In this document: positions 33,201 through 44,359 of the stretch, in pieces
Layout of the letters: every line of letters begins with the position of its first letter
Position numbering within the stretch: position 1 is the stretch's first letter
Assembly (NCBI GenBank): GCA_049852185.1
Contig: CP187540.1
Reading direction: 5' to 3' (one strand)
Source: Methanocaldococcus sp. 28A
GTDB taxonomy: Archaea > AGJL01 > Methanococci > Methanococcales > Methanocaldococcaceae
DNA length: 64,000 nt
Translations under genes and position numbers: made by a program
Notes under the pieces: generated by a model
Told to the model about the DNA's origin: nothing
Seen by the model: only the letters and a program-made list of their open reading frames with translations
The model's database searches: none

Positions 33201-34313
33201 TTATCTTTTAATACTCTTTATAAGAATTTTAATAATCCTCTTTCCACTATTCCCATCTCCAAATGGATTTTCCCAATTTCTCTCTTTATTGAGCATTATT
33301 TCTACTGCTTTAATTAGCTTTTCTTTATTATCTCCAACTAATATATTTGCTCCAACTTCAACAGTTTCAGGTCTTTCAGTATTATCTCTAAAAGTTATAC
33401 ATGGAGTTTTTAATATACAAGCTTCTTCTTGAACTCCTCCACTATCCGTTAAAATTAAATCAGCATTTTTCTCTAATATTAAAAATTCCAAATAACCAAT
33501 TGGCTCAATAATTTTTATTTTTTTATTACTTTTTAGTTTATTAAATAAATTAAACTCCTTAAGTCTTTTCTTAGTTCTCGGATGGATTGGAAAAATAATA
33601 TCTTTATCATATATTTCAGTTATCTTAAATATTCCATTTATGATATTTTTTAACCTTTTTTTATTATCGACATTTTCAGCCCTATGTAACGTTAAAAGAA
33701 AATAATTATCATCAATAATACTATTAAAAAAAGCAATAGCATTTTCATTTTTTTCAGCAATTTTTAAATTTTGTAATGTAGCATCTACAATAGTATTTCC
33801 AACAACAAATATTTTATTTTCTTCAATACCCTCTCTTAATAAATTATTTTTAGCTTTTTCAGTAGGGGCAAAAAGATAATCGCTAATATGGTCAGTTAAA
33901 ACTCTATTTATTTCTTCAGGCATGTTTCTATCAAAACTTCTTAATCCAGCTTCAACATGAGCTATATTTATTTTTAATTTTGAAGCCACTAATGCCCCTG
34001 CAAGTGTAGTGTTTGTATCCCCCTGAACTATAACAATATCTGGATTTTCTTTTAAAAGAACCTCTTCCATTCCTATTAACATCTTTCCTGTTTGTTGAGC
34101 ATGAGTTCCAGAGCCTACATTTAAATTATATTTTGGTTTTGGTAAATTTAGCTCCTCAAAAAATATTTTATCCATATTTTCAGAATAATGTTGATTAGTA
34201 TGGATAATGTGCCAATTTAAATCCTTATTTTCCAATCCTCTAATGATTGGTGAGAGTTTTATAATCTCTGGTCTCGTCCCTAAAATTATTGAGAGTTTCA
34301 TTTTATCCCTCAT
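33201..34313 (-). CDS. wecB: UDP-N-acetylglucosamine 2-epimerase
   Basis: GTRPEIIK, HVEAGLRS, TDSGGVQEEA. Confidence 0.95.
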   Translation of the reverse strand: MRDKMKLSIILGTRPEIIKLSPIIRGLENKDLNWHIIHTNQHYSENMDKIFFEELNLPKPKYNLNVGSGTHAQQTGKMLIGMEEVLLKENPDIVIVQGDTNTTLAGALVASKLKINIAHVEAGLRSFDRNMPEEINRVLTDHISDYLFAPTEKAKNNLLREGIEENKIFVVGNTIVDATLQNLKIAEKNENAIAFFNSIIDDNYFLLTLHRAENVDNKKRLKNIINGIFKITEIYDKDIIFPIHPRTKKRLKEFNLFNKLKSNKKIKIIEPIGYLEFLILEKNADLILTDSGGVQEEACILKTPCITFRDNTERPETVEVGANILVGDNKEKLIKAVEIMLNKERNWENPFGDGNSGKRIIKILIKSIKR

Positions 34314-36642
34314 ATTTTGCTGTTAAAACTTCTCTAATCTTCTTAGCTCTCTCTTTTCCAACACCTTCAACTTTCATTAATTCCTCTTCTTTTGCTGTAA
34401 ATACATTTTCAACTGTTTTAAAGTGCTTTAATAACCTCTCAGCTAAAGCTCCACCAACATCTGGCAAACTCTCAACAATGAATTTTTGCTGTTCTTTTAA
34501 GCTCATAGTGGTTTTTCCATATCTTACCATAACAGCTCTTTTTTCTTTTATTTGCTCTTTCTCAGCAATCTTTATTAATAAATCAGCTGTTTCTTCAGCA
34601 TTTTTTGTAAATATTATTGGAATACCAAAGTCAAAGATTATTGACAAAATAGCTCCTTTAATAGCATTTTCATGCAATCTACTAAAGCTTTCCCCCTCAA
34701 TTATTAACAATGGCTTTTCAACTTTTTTTAAATTTTTTAACTGGTTAAATAACCTCTTATCAATTATTGAATTTACAAAGTCATCAACAGTTTTTCTCTC
34801 AACAACTACTCTATCACTCAAAATATAATCTCCAACTTCTAAGGTTTTTAACTCAACATCAGCATAGTTATGTAAAAGTTTAGCCATATTTTTTTCTCTA
34901 ACATCTACAATAATTTTTATTGGCTTTTTTGTAATTCTTAGTTCTTGGTTTATTCTACTTTCTTCTTTTGATTTTTCTTTAGTTTTTATCTGTTTAATGA
35001 AGTCCAATATTGTTACTGGCTTTTTAGTTTTTTCATTCTCTTCTTTTATTTCAGTTTTTGAAATTGTATTTTTTTCTTCAGATTCTATGTTTTCTTTTTC
35101 TTTTATATTTTCTTTAGATTTTTCTTCATTTTCTCCTAATTTTTTCTGTAATCTTTTGTTTATCAAATAGCACATATTTTTTAATAACCTCTTCATTTCC
35201 CTCTCTTTATACAAAGCACTTCTGTAATATGCTTCATCAGCGGTTCCCTTAGCTATTAAAACATAAACTTTCCCTCCTTCACCTCTCATCGCTCTACCTC
35301 TTCTTTGAATAAACCTAATCTCTGAAGGAACAGGCTCGTAAAATATGATATAATTTACTGTTGGAATGTCAATTCCTTCTTCAGAAACGCTTGTTGATAC
35401 TAAAACACTTCCTTCTATTTTAAATTTCTCTATTGCCTCTATTTGTTGTTTTTGTGTCATTCCTTTACCTTCTTTATTTGCTTGACCAATAAATCTTATA
35501 GCTTTAATCCCATTTTGAGTTAAAAGATTAACTATCTTCTCTACAGTATCCCTATATTGAGCAAAAATTATAATTCTTTCATCTTTATTCTTTTGTAGAA
35601 TATATCTAACTAAATCAACAACTTTATTTAATTTTGGATGGTCAACATTAGATTTCATTAAAAGAGAAACTGCTTCCCTAACTTTCTCATCATTAACAAT
35701 AGATTTAGCAGATTTTGTTCTCTGCATGGATAATTTATTTACATAATTTAAAAATACACCCTTTCCCTGACTTTCTAATAACTCTTTGGCATGCATAAGT
35801 TTTAAAGCCTCTGAACAAACCCTTATAAGTTCATATCTTATCTCTTCATCATAAGAAAATAGTTTAGAATTTAACTCAATAAGTTCTGTTTTTGTTACAT
35901 TAGTAATAGAATTTATAACTCCAAAATCTTTTAATGTTTTCAATCTCTCCTTTAATGCTTCATTTATTAACTTTAACGCTTTTTTAAAATCTTCTGGTAA
36001 ATCTACTCTAATAGGAATTAACCTTACCTTGGCAATGTAGGGCTTTACATCTTCGTCATCTTCAGTTCTAACTTCAATATGCTCAATTCCTAAGTTTTCA
36101 CATATTTCCATTACTTTATCTATATCTGAGCCAGGTGATGCTGTTAATCCTAAAATATGGCATTTATCTTTAAATTTTTTTGCTACAAAGGCATAGGCAT
36201 GGTCTCCAACTGTGTGATGAGCTTCATCGGCTATTAACAAAACAAAGTCATCTATATTTATTCTTCCAGCGATGATATCATTTTCTATAACTTGGGGGGT
36301 AGCAATAAATATTTTGCCATTTTTATAGAGCTCAGCTCTTTTCTTTGGAGGGATTTTTCCAGTTAAAGCAATTATTTTGCCTTCATCAATATTTAAAACT
36401 TCTTTTAACCTATTATAATGTTGCTCTACTAATGGTCTTGTAGGAGCTAAAAATAAAACCTTCCCATCTTTTTTTGTTAATATACCTGCAATAACTAATA
36501 TTGCTATGGCTGTTTTCCCTAAACCTGTTGATAAAACACATAAAGTTTTTTTCTTTAAAGCATTTGCCGCTATAATCTGCTGATATAACCTTGCCTCTAA
36601 AGTTTTTGGTTTTATTAGTGGATGTTCAATATACATAACCAT
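34303..36642 (-). CDS. hef: Hef (SF2 helicase plus ERCC4 nuclease, HhH)
   Basis: TGLGKT, DEAH, TASP, QRRGR, GDY...VERK. Confidence 0.92.
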   Translation of the reverse strand: MVMYIEHPLIKPKTLEARLYQQIIAANALKKKTLCVLSTGLGKTAIAILVIAGILTKKDGKVLFLAPTRPLVEQHYNRLKEVLNIDEGKIIALTGKIPPKKRAELYKNGKIFIATPQVIENDIIAGRINIDDFVLLIADEAHHTVGDHAYAFVAKKFKDKCHILGLTASPGSDIDKVMEICENLGIEHIEVRTEDDEDVKPYIAKVRLIPIRVDLPEDFKKALKLINEALKERLKTLKDFGVINSITNVTKTELIELNSKLFSYDEEIRYELIRVCSEALKLMHAKELLESQGKGVFLNYVNKLSMQRTKSAKSIVNDEKVREAVSLLMKSNVDHPKLNKVVDLVRYILQKNKDERIIIFAQYRDTVEKIVNLLTQNGIKAIRFIGQANKEGKGMTQKQQIEAIEKFKIEGSVLVSTSVSEEGIDIPTVNYIIFYEPVPSEIRFIQRRGRAMRGEGGKVYVLIAKGTADEAYYRSALYKEREMKRLLKNMCYLINKRLQKKLGENEEKSKENIKEKENIESEEKNTISKTEIKEENEKTKKPVTILDFIKQIKTKEKSKEESRINQELRITKKPIKIIVDVREKNMAKLLHNYADVELKTLEVGDYILSDRVVVERKTVDDFVNSIIDKRLFNQLKNLKKVEKPLLIIEGESFSRLHENAIKGAILSIIFDFGIPIIFTKNAEETADLLIKIAEKEQIKEKRAVMVRYGKTTMSLKEQQKFIVESLPDVGGALAERLLKHFKTVENVFTAKEEELMKVEGVGKERAKKIREVLTAKYEG

Positions 36643-36668
36643 CCAACTCTTTAAATTTCTATTACAGT

Positions 36669-36849
36669 ATAGGACTTTTGCAGTTTATAGTTGTGTGCAA
36701 AATGAAATAAACTTTAAAAAGGAAATTTTGAATGCCTTCCTTATGGAGTATTCATTAATACCTTATTTTAATTAAGATAGTTTTGCACATAACTATATAT
36801 GCTCTTTAAGTTGTTAGATGCCTTAAAAAATTTATTCCTGCAAAAGTCC
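36669..36849. repeat. R2 repeat (36686-36797) nested inside an R1 repeat
   Basis: TAGGACTTTTGCAG [TATAGTTGTGTGCAAAA ... TTTTGCACATAACTATA] ... CTGCAAAAGTCC. Confidence 0.7.
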
Positions 36850-36880
36850 GAATGATGGGAAGATATTTAGTTTATTTATT

Positions 36881-37507
36881 TTATTTAGTTAACTCATCTA
36901 ACCTATTTGCCCACCTCATTAAAATTTCTCTTGCTTTTTTAAGTTTAGAATTACTATAATCCAATAAAAACTTTAAATAATTATTATCCACAAATATATT
37001 TCCATCTTCACCTATTGGAGCATCTACCTTATAGGTTGTTAAAATTTCAACAATAACCCTTTTCTCTGAAACTGACTTTATTGAAGAAGCTTTTAATCCA
37101 GAGTGTATGGCTAATTCAAGCATCTTTTTTGCAGAATCAATGTCTTTACATGCAATATGCAATATAGGAGAGTTCATAACAAAAACTAAATAACCTTCTT
37201 TTCTCTCTTTTAATGCATCAAACATCTCATCATAAGTAGCGTAGTGATGCCATTTTCCAAGCCATCTCGAATACAGCTTTGGATTTTTATCTTTTGGAAT
37301 TTCCATTATTCCTACTCTGCCAATACAACTTGAGGTTGTATAATAATTCTCAAGCTCATTAATTTTATTTAATATTGGAATTATCTCTTCATCAACCAAA
37401 CCTTCTCTTATAGCAAGCTCTAAATTCATTAATGTCCTCTTTTTATCATCTAAAAATCCCATAATACCACTTATGATTACTTTAGTAATAACAAATAAAT
37501 AAAGCAA
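36881..37507 (-). CDS. taw3: tRNA wyosine methyltransferase Taw3 (start probably internal MGFLDD)
   Basis: YYTTSSCIGR, PILH. Confidence 0.88.
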   Translation of the reverse strand: MLYLFVITKVIISGIMGFLDDKKRTLMNLELAIREGLVDEEIIPILNKINELENYYTTSSCIGRVGIMEIPKDKNPKLYSRWLGKWHHYATYDEMFDALKERKEGYLVFVMNSPILHIACKDIDSAKKMLELAIHSGLKASSIKSVSEKRVIVEILTTYKVDAPIGEDGNIFVDNNYLKFLLDYSNSKLKKAREILMRWANRLDELTK

Positions 37508-37583
37508 AAAGTTTTTAAATCCCTTCTATGTCAAATCAACATTAAAAAATAATATTAAAATAATTATTAGGTTCTACCAAAAT

Positions 37584-40500
37584 GTGGTGTTATTTATGAT
37601 ACCAATGATATATAAAGAGATGTGCCCAAACTGTAGAGGGGAGATAACAAGTGAAAGGTTAGAAATTGGAGTTTGTGAAAAATGTTTAAAAGAAGAAAAT
37701 GTCTTTGAAAAATTGGAGTTATGTAAAAAACTTAGGGAAGAAAAAACCCTAAATAACTTAAAAAATTACTGTATTATGTGGAATGAATTTAAAGAATTTG
37801 AAGGATTTGTAAAAGATTTAGGATTTGAACTTTTAAGCATACAAAAGATGTGGGCAAAAAGAGTTTTAAAAAACAAAAGTTTTTCAATCGTTGCACCAAC
37901 AGGTGTAGGGAAGAGTTTCTTTGGTATATTAATGAGCTTATTTTTAGCTAAAAAAGGAAAAAAATGCTATATAATTCTGCCTACAACACTCTTAGTTAAA
38001 CAAACGTATGAAAAAATGTTATCTCTAATAGAGAAAAATAAATTAAACATTAAGGTAGTTGCATATCATTCAGAACTATCAACAAAGGAAAAGAAAGATG
38101 TAAAGGAGAGAGTTGAGAATAACGATTATGATATACTAATAACAACATCCAATTTTTTAGCAAAAAACACTCCAAGTATGAAATTTGACTTTATATTCGT
38201 TGATGATGTTGATGCTCTATTAAAAGCTTCAAAAAACATTGATAGAACTCTGAAGTTGTTAGGATTTAATGAAGAGATTATAAATGAAGCATATAAAATT
38301 ATCTATCTAATAAAAATTGGAAAAATAGATGATGCATTAAAAAAGAGAGAAATTTTAAAGGAAAAATTAGAAAAAATAAAACATGGTTGTTTAATAATTG
38401 CCTCTGCAACTGGAAAAAGTTATGGAGATAGAGTTAAACTCTATAGAGAACTTTTGAATTTTGAAATTGGATTTGGAATGAATAAGCTTAGAGATGTTGT
38501 AGATATTTATGATGAAGAATTCAGCAAAGAAAAAATATTGGAATATATAAAATTGTTTGGTAGTGGGGGGATTGTTTTTATTTCAATTGATTATGGTATT
38601 GAAAAAGCGCAAGAAATTGAGAAATTCCTATTAGAAAACAATATTAAAGCAAAATTAATTCATTCAAAAGATAAAAAAGGATTTGATGATTTTAGAAATG
38701 GAGAGATAGATGTTTTAATTGGTGTAGCTTCATACTATGGAGTTTTGGTTAGAGGCTTAGATATACCTGAAAGAGTTAGATATGCCATATTTTATGGAAT
38801 TCCAAAGTTTAAAATTAAACTAAAGGAATATATCAACAATTTAAAAGAGAAAGGAGAGTTGAAGGAAGATATTGACATTGAAGGAAAAACAGAAGAAGAA
38901 ATTAGGCAAATAATTACAGAAAAATTAAAAATAAAGAATTTTTCACTTAGAAAAGAAGATAACGAATATCTATTATTAATCCCTGATGTAAAAACCTATA
39001 TTCAAGCTTCTGGAAGAACATCAAGGATGACAGAGTTTGGTTTAACTAAAGGAGCCAGTATTGTATTGGTGGATGAGAAAGAGATTTTTGAATACTTCAA
39101 AAAATACATGTTGTTTATGTATGAAAGTGAATTTAAAAAGATTGACGAAATAAACTTAGAGGAATTAATTAAAGAGATTGATGAAATTAGGGAAAAGATA
39201 AAATTAGGTAGAGCTAAGGGAAAAGTTCCCGATTTATTAAAATCTGTATTAATGATTGTAGAAAGTCCTAATAAGGCAAGAACAATAGCTAATTTCTTTG
39301 GAAAGCCTTCTGTCAGAAAAATAAACAACAGAAATGTTTATGAGGTTTGTGTTGGAGATTTAAACTTAATTATAACTGCAAGTGGGGGGCATGTATTTGA
39401 TTTAGTTACAAAAGAGGGCTTTTATGGTGTCAAGATAGAAAATAACGTATATATTCCAATATATACATCAATTAAAAAAGTAAATGGAGAGCAATTTACA
39501 GACCAAAAAGATATTGAAGAGTTAATAAAGCAATTAATTGAAAGAGGAGAGAAAGTAAATGCAATAGATGCAAAGGAGAATATAGAAATTATTAGAGAGA
39601 TAGCAGATGAAGTTGATGCTATATTTATAGCAACGGATATTGATACAGAAGGGGAGAAAATAGGTTATGATATAGCCATAAATGCCCTTCCATTTAATAA
39701 AAACATCTATAGAGTAGGATTTAATGAAATTACAAAGAGGGCTATATTAAAGGCAGTAGAATCATTTAAAAAAGGAGAAAAATTAGAGTTAGATGAAAAT
39801 AAAGTTAAAGGTCAAATAGTTAGGAGGATAGAGGATAGGTGGATTGGATTTAGATTAAGTCAAAAATTATGGGAGGTATTTAATAAACATTACCTCTCAG
39901 CTGGTAGAGTTCAAACTCCTGTCTTAGGATGGATTATAGAGAGATACAACGAACATAAAATAAAAGTTCCTTATTTATCTTTAAAATTAGAAAATGATAT
40001 CTACATTGGAAAGGTTTGGGAAAAAGAATTTGATAAAGATGAAGTTGAAGTTGAAGTAAATATCTATGAGAAAGAAATTCCTCCATTACCACCATTTACA
40101 ACAGATACACTTTTAGAGGAGGCTACAAAGAGATTCGGGTTAGGTGCAGATGAAGTAATGGCTATAGCCCAAGAGCTGTTTGAATTGGGATTGTGTTTAA
40201 CACCAGACACTTACGTTGTATTGGGAGATGGAAGAATTGAAACAATTGAAGATATTGTTAATACTCAAGAAGGAAATATTTTATCGTTAGATTTAGATGA
40301 TTTATCAATAAAGAAAGACATTGCTACAAAATTCTGGAAATTGATGTACACTGGAAATCTAAGAAAAATTGTATTATCAAATAATTATGAGATAAAAGCA
40401 ACTCCCGACCACCACTTATTGGTTTTAAGAGATAATCAATTGAAATGGGTCCCTGCAAAAGATATTAAAGAAAATGATTACATTGCAATGCCTTTTAACT

Positions 40501-42440
40501 ACAAAGTTGATAGAAAACCAATATCATTATTGAATCTTTTGAAATATTTAGATATTACTGATGTTTTAATTGAGTTTGACGAGAATTCAAGAATATTTGA
40601 AAAAATAGAAGAATTTATTAGGAAAAATATCAAAACAAGTACAAAATATAAGTATCTTAGAAATAAAAGAGTTCCATTAAAGTATTTGATAGAATGGAAC
40701 TTTAATTTAGATGAGGTTGAAAAGGAAGCAAAGTATATATACAAAAGTGTTGCAGGCACTAAAAAAATTCCATTATTTAAATTAGATGAAAGGTTTTGGT
40801 ATTTTGTAGGTTTAGTTTTAGGTGATGGGTCTATTCAAAATAGCAAAATTAAGATTGCACAAACTCCACTAAAAGATGTTAAAACTATATTGGATGAAAC
40901 ATTCCCATTCTTACACAGTTGGATTTCTGGAAATCAAGTAAATATTTCAAATCCAATCATTGCAGAAATTTTAAGAAAATTAGGAACAAGAGAAGGAAAA
41001 TTAAATGGAATAATATTCTCTCTTCCAGAAAACTATGTTAATGCACTAATTGCTGGTTACTTTGATACTGATGGATGTTTCTCATTACTGTATAACAAAA
41101 ATGTTAAAAAACATAATTTAAGAATGCTTCTAACCTCAAAAAGAAAAGAAATTTTAGAAAAGATAGGTATTTACTTAAACTCAATTGGTATCTTAAACAG
41201 ATTGCATAAAGATAAAAATGGAATTTACTCCTTAATAATAAGCAATAAATCATTAGAAACCTTTAAGGAGAAAATTGCCAAATATCTAAGAATTAGAAAA
41301 GAAGCATTTGAGAGAGGGTATAAAACATATAGAGAAGAACATGGGGAAGGATTTGGATGTGATTTATTACCAGTAAAAGAAATATTTGAAAAATTAATAT
41401 TCAAAAAAGGAAGAAATTATATACTAAAAGATAGTAAGATATACATTGAAAATTGGTATAAAGAAAAGACAAACAATATTCCAAGAAAAAAATTAAAGAC
41501 AGTTTTAAAATATGTAAATAACTCAGAATATAAAGAGTTTTTAGAAAAAATTATTAATGGGGACATATCATTTGTTAGGGTTAAAAAGGTAGAAGATATT
41601 TTCTATAATGGATATGTTTATGACCTAACCGTTAAAAATAACCAAAACTTTATATCAAATGGAATTATTTCACATAACTGCACATACCACAGAACCTCCT
41701 CTACAAGAGTTTCATTAGATGGAATGAGAGTGGCAAGAGAGTATTTAAAGCTAAATAATTTGGAAGATTATTTAAAAAATAGAGAGTATTTTATGGAAGG
41801 AGCTCATGAATGTATAAGACCTACAAAACCAATGGATACTGAAGAGCTTATAGAGTTTTTAAAGGAAAATAATATAAAATTAACTAAAAATCATATAAAA
41901 GTTTATGATTTGATATTTAAAAGGTTTATTGCATCTCAAATGAAAGAAGCTGTTGTAGATTATGAAGAAATTTACATAAAAGATTTGGATGAAAAAGTTG
42001 AGGGCTATGTAGATATAAAGTTTGATGGATGGAGCAGAATTTATAATTTAAAGCTAAAAAAACTTCCAAAGATTGAGAAAAACTCTTTAAAAATATTAGA
42101 GAAAAAAATTAGAAAAATTCCAAAAGTTCCATTATATGATGAAGGAGAAGTTGTTAAGTTAATGAAAGAGAGAGGTATTGGAAGACCATCAACCTATGCT
42201 CAAATTATTAAAAAGTTGTTAGATAGAGGCTATGTTATAAAAAGTAAAGATAAAAATAAGCTAATTCCAACAAAATTGGGAATTGAAGTTTATAATTATC
42301 TAATAAATAATTATCCTCACTTAATATCAGAGGAGAGAACAAGAGAGTTAGAGGAAATTATGGACAAAATTGAAAATGGGGATGTTGATTATTTGGAAGT
42401 GCTAAAAGCTTTATATGAAGAGATTTTGAGTATAGTATAA
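37584..42440 (+). CDS. rgy: Reverse gyrase with intein
   Basis: Zn finger, APTGVGKS, DDVD, QASGRTSR, ESPNK, SAGRVQTP, TYHRT, GIGRPSTY. Confidence 0.97.
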   Translation: MVLFMIPMIYKEMCPNCRGEITSERLEIGVCEKCLKEENVFEKLELCKKLREEKTLNNLKNYCIMWNEFKEFEGFVKDLGFELLSIQKMWAKRVLKNKSFSIVAPTGVGKSFFGILMSLFLAKKGKKCYIILPTTLLVKQTYEKMLSLIEKNKLNIKVVAYHSELSTKEKKDVKERVENNDYDILITTSNFLAKNTPSMKFDFIFVDDVDALLKASKNIDRTLKLLGFNEEIINEAYKIIYLIKIGKIDDALKKREILKEKLEKIKHGCLIIASATGKSYGDRVKLYRELLNFEIGFGMNKLRDVVDIYDEEFSKEKILEYIKLFGSGGIVFISIDYGIEKAQEIEKFLLENNIKAKLIHSKDKKGFDDFRNGEIDVLIGVASYYGVLVRGLDIPERVRYAIFYGIPKFKIKLKEYINNLKEKGELKEDIDIEGKTEEEIRQIITEKLKIKNFSLRKEDNEYLLLIPDVKTYIQASGRTSRMTEFGLTKGASIVLVDEKEIFEYFKKYMLFMYESEFKKIDEINLEELIKEIDEIREKIKLGRAKGKVPDLLKSVLMIVESPNKARTIANFFGKPSVRKINNRNVYEVCVGDLNLIITASGGHVFDLVTKEGFYGVKIENNVYIPIYTSIKKVNGEQFTDQKDIEELIKQLIERGEKVNAIDAKENIEIIREIADEVDAIFIATDIDTEGEKIGYDIAINALPFNKNIYRVGFNEITKRAILKAVESFKKGEKLELDENKVKGQIVRRIEDRWIGFRLSQKLWEVFNKHYLSAGRVQTPVLGWIIERYNEHKIKVPYLSLKLENDIYIGKVWEKEFDKDEVEVEVNIYEKEIPPLPPFTTDTLLEEATKRFGLGADEVMAIAQELFELGLCLTPDTYVVLGDGRIETIEDIVNTQEGNILSLDLDDLSIKKDIATKFWKLMYTGNLRKIVLSNNYEIKATPDHHLLVLRDNQLKWVPAKDIKENDYIAMPFNYKVDRKPISLLNLLKYLDITDVLIEFDENSRIFEKIEEFIRKNIKTSTKYKYLRNKRVPLKYLIEWNFNLDEVEKEAKYIYKSVAGTKKIPLFKLDERFWYFVGLVLGDGSIQNSKIKIAQTPLKDVKTILDETFPFLHSWISGNQVNISNPIIAEILRKLGTREGKLNGIIFSLPENYVNALIAGYFDTDGCFSLLYNKNVKKHNLRMLLTSKRKEILEKIGIYLNSIGILNRLHKDKNGIYSLIISNKSLETFKEKIAKYLRIRKEAFERGYKTYREEHGEGFGCDLLPVKEIFEKLIFKKGRNYILKDSKIYIENWYKEKTNNIPRKKLKTVLKYVNNSEYKEFLEKIINGDISFVRVKKVEDIFYNGYVYDLTVKNNQNFISNGIISHNCTYHRTSSTRVSLDGMRVAREYLKLNNLEDYLKNREYFMEGAHECIRPTKPMDTEELIEFLKENNIKLTKNHIKVYDLIFKRFIASQMKEAVVDYEEIYIKDLDEKVEGYVDIKFDGWSRIYNLKLKKLPKIEKNSLKILEKKIRKIPKVPLYDEGEVVKLMKERGIGRPSTYAQIIKKLLDRGYVIKSKDKNKLIPTKLGIEVYNYLINNYPHLISEERTRELEEIMDKIENGDVDYLEVLKALYEEILSIV
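40194..41678 (+). mobile_element. Intein with LAGLIDADG homing endonuclease (495 aa)
   Basis: ELGL|CLTPDT ... ATPDH ... GLVLGDG, AGYFDTDG ... ISHN|CTYHRT. Confidence 0.93.
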
Positions 42441-42733
42441 TCTTATTTTTTACCATAAATTGTTGCTAAGAAAGCACCGCCCTTTGGGGTGGAGAGCAGT
42501 CATCTAATACTTATCATTAAGATTAGTTTTATATCTTCCTGTGTCTGTACATATTAATTTAATCTCTATCATAATAACTTCGCAAAAAATTTTAGGTATG
42601 CCACAACAACCTAATACCCACATAAAATTTTTATATCAAATTGACAGAAATCATCGCCTAAATTTTTTGTCTTTATAAAAATAATAAGTAACCTATGAAT
42701 TATGATGGTTTAATTGTTCATAGATATTTAAAT

Positions 42734-43759
42734 TTATTCATGTAATTCATATAACTTAATTAAGCTTCTTCTAATTATAGCTTCAATAGCTTTCTCTCCA
42801 ACTAATGATGTGGCTTCTTTTATAAAAATTTGAGGAGCTACTAAATATGTCTCATTAACTTCTTTCTCTCCAATAGTTGATTTATCAAACTCTTCGATAA
42901 TCTTCAAAGCTAACTTTAAATCTTTCTGCTTTTCATCAATTAGCATATTTTTTACAGATGTAATTAAAACATCTTTATCTAAAACCTTCATCAAACCTTC
43001 AAGTCCTGAAGTTTCAACAATCGATGCTATAGTTTGAAGGGACATAAATATTTGCTTTTCTATCATCTTCTTTGGAGCATTAATAATTTCTTTTCCGACT
43101 CTATAATAGTCTAAGACTCCTACTAAAGTAGTAGCAGTAACTAAAACATTCATATCGGCAATTGCAGGCACTACATCTGCAGGAGCTATATATGGTGTTT
43201 TTCCAATGCTTTTCACTAGTTCAACTAATTTGTTTATTTGTTCTTCTGTTACATACTCTTTACCTTCTAATGCTTTTCCAGCAATTGTATAATATTTCTG
43301 TCCTGGAGTTCCTGGAACTCCTGTTGGGTGCATTGATGAAATTCCAACATCTTTTCTTTTTAATCTTAAAATTCCTTCCAATGACCTATATAAAACAGGA
43401 GTAGGAATAGTACATGTGTTACAAATAACAGCATTTTCGGGGACATGTTCAATAATCTTCTTTGCAATGTTTATTGTTATTTTACCAAACGGTGTAAATA
43501 AGATATGAACTTCTCCATGTTTTGCTGCTTCTATATCATCACTAACAACTTTAACTCCAGCTTCTTCAACTTTCTTCCATAATTCTTCACTCATTACATC
43601 TTTATTAGGTTCTGATAGGATAACATCATGTCCAGCTTTAGCAAATTCTATAGCCATTCTTGCTCCACCATAAGGTGGTTCTCCACCAAATTTTTCTGGT
43701 AGATTTAATTGGTTTATATATAAATCTTGATTTCCCGCTCCGTATATTGATATTTTCAT
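42734..43759 (-). CDS. H2-forming methylene-H4MPT dehydrogenase paralog (HmdII/III-type)
   Basis: YGAGNQ, PPYGG, LFTPFG, NTCT, SMHPTGVPG. Confidence 0.88.
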   Translation of the reverse strand: MKISIYGAGNQDLYINQLNLPEKFGGEPPYGGARMAIEFAKAGHDVILSEPNKDVMSEELWKKVEEAGVKVVSDDIEAAKHGEVHILFTPFGKITINIAKKIIEHVPENAVICNTCTIPTPVLYRSLEGILRLKRKDVGISSMHPTGVPGTPGQKYYTIAGKALEGKEYVTEEQINKLVELVKSIGKTPYIAPADVVPAIADMNVLVTATTLVGVLDYYRVGKEIINAPKKMIEKQIFMSLQTIASIVETSGLEGLMKVLDKDVLITSVKNMLIDEKQKDLKLALKIIEEFDKSTIGEKEVNETYLVAPQIFIKEATSLVGEKAIEAIIRRSLIKLYELHE

Positions 43760-43799
43760 TTTAATCCCTCCATAGTAAAATTTAGAAGACTTAATTAGT

Positions 43800-44144
43800 T
43801 TAAATCATAGCTTTTATTTTTTCTGCAGCTCTTTTCATAGTAATTCTAATTAGACCTAAGTTAACTTTTGCATCAGTTAAAACAACTAAGATTCCCTCAC
43901 CAGCATCGACCATTAAAGTTTTACCATGCTCTCCTTCAACCATTGTTTGCACTAAACTACCCATACCAATTTCTGCAGCTGTTCTCTCAGCTGCCCCAAA
44001 TGCTGCTGATGCCATAGCCCCTACTAACTCGGCATCAATATTTCCTGGCAATTGAGTAGCTATAACTAATCCATCTTTCCCTACAACCATTGAACCTTTA
44101 ATCCCTTCTGTCTTATTTAGCTCTATTAATACTCTATCTATCAT
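43800..44144 (-). CDS. Roadblock/LC7 domain protein
   Basis: [17 protein letters not shown]. Confidence 0.88.
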   Translation of the reverse strand: MIDRVLIELNKTEGIKGSMVVGKDGLVIATQLPGNIDAELVGAMASAAFGAAERTAAEIGMGSLVQTMVEGEHGKTLMVDAGEGILVVLTDAKVNLGLIRITMKRAAEKIKAMI

Positions 44145-44359
44145 ACTATCCTTCTAAAATATGTCATGTAGATATCGAAATTTGGATCTTAGTTTAAAAT
44201 ATTTATTTTTTAATTGTGTAATAATAACTTACATATGAAAATTATATAACATTAATGGTTCGAAATTCGATAAATATTTAATTACTTGGTTTTAAATTTA
44301 TCCCATATATATATATTTCGTTTCTCATATCTTCTAATTTTCCTTATGATAATATTATA

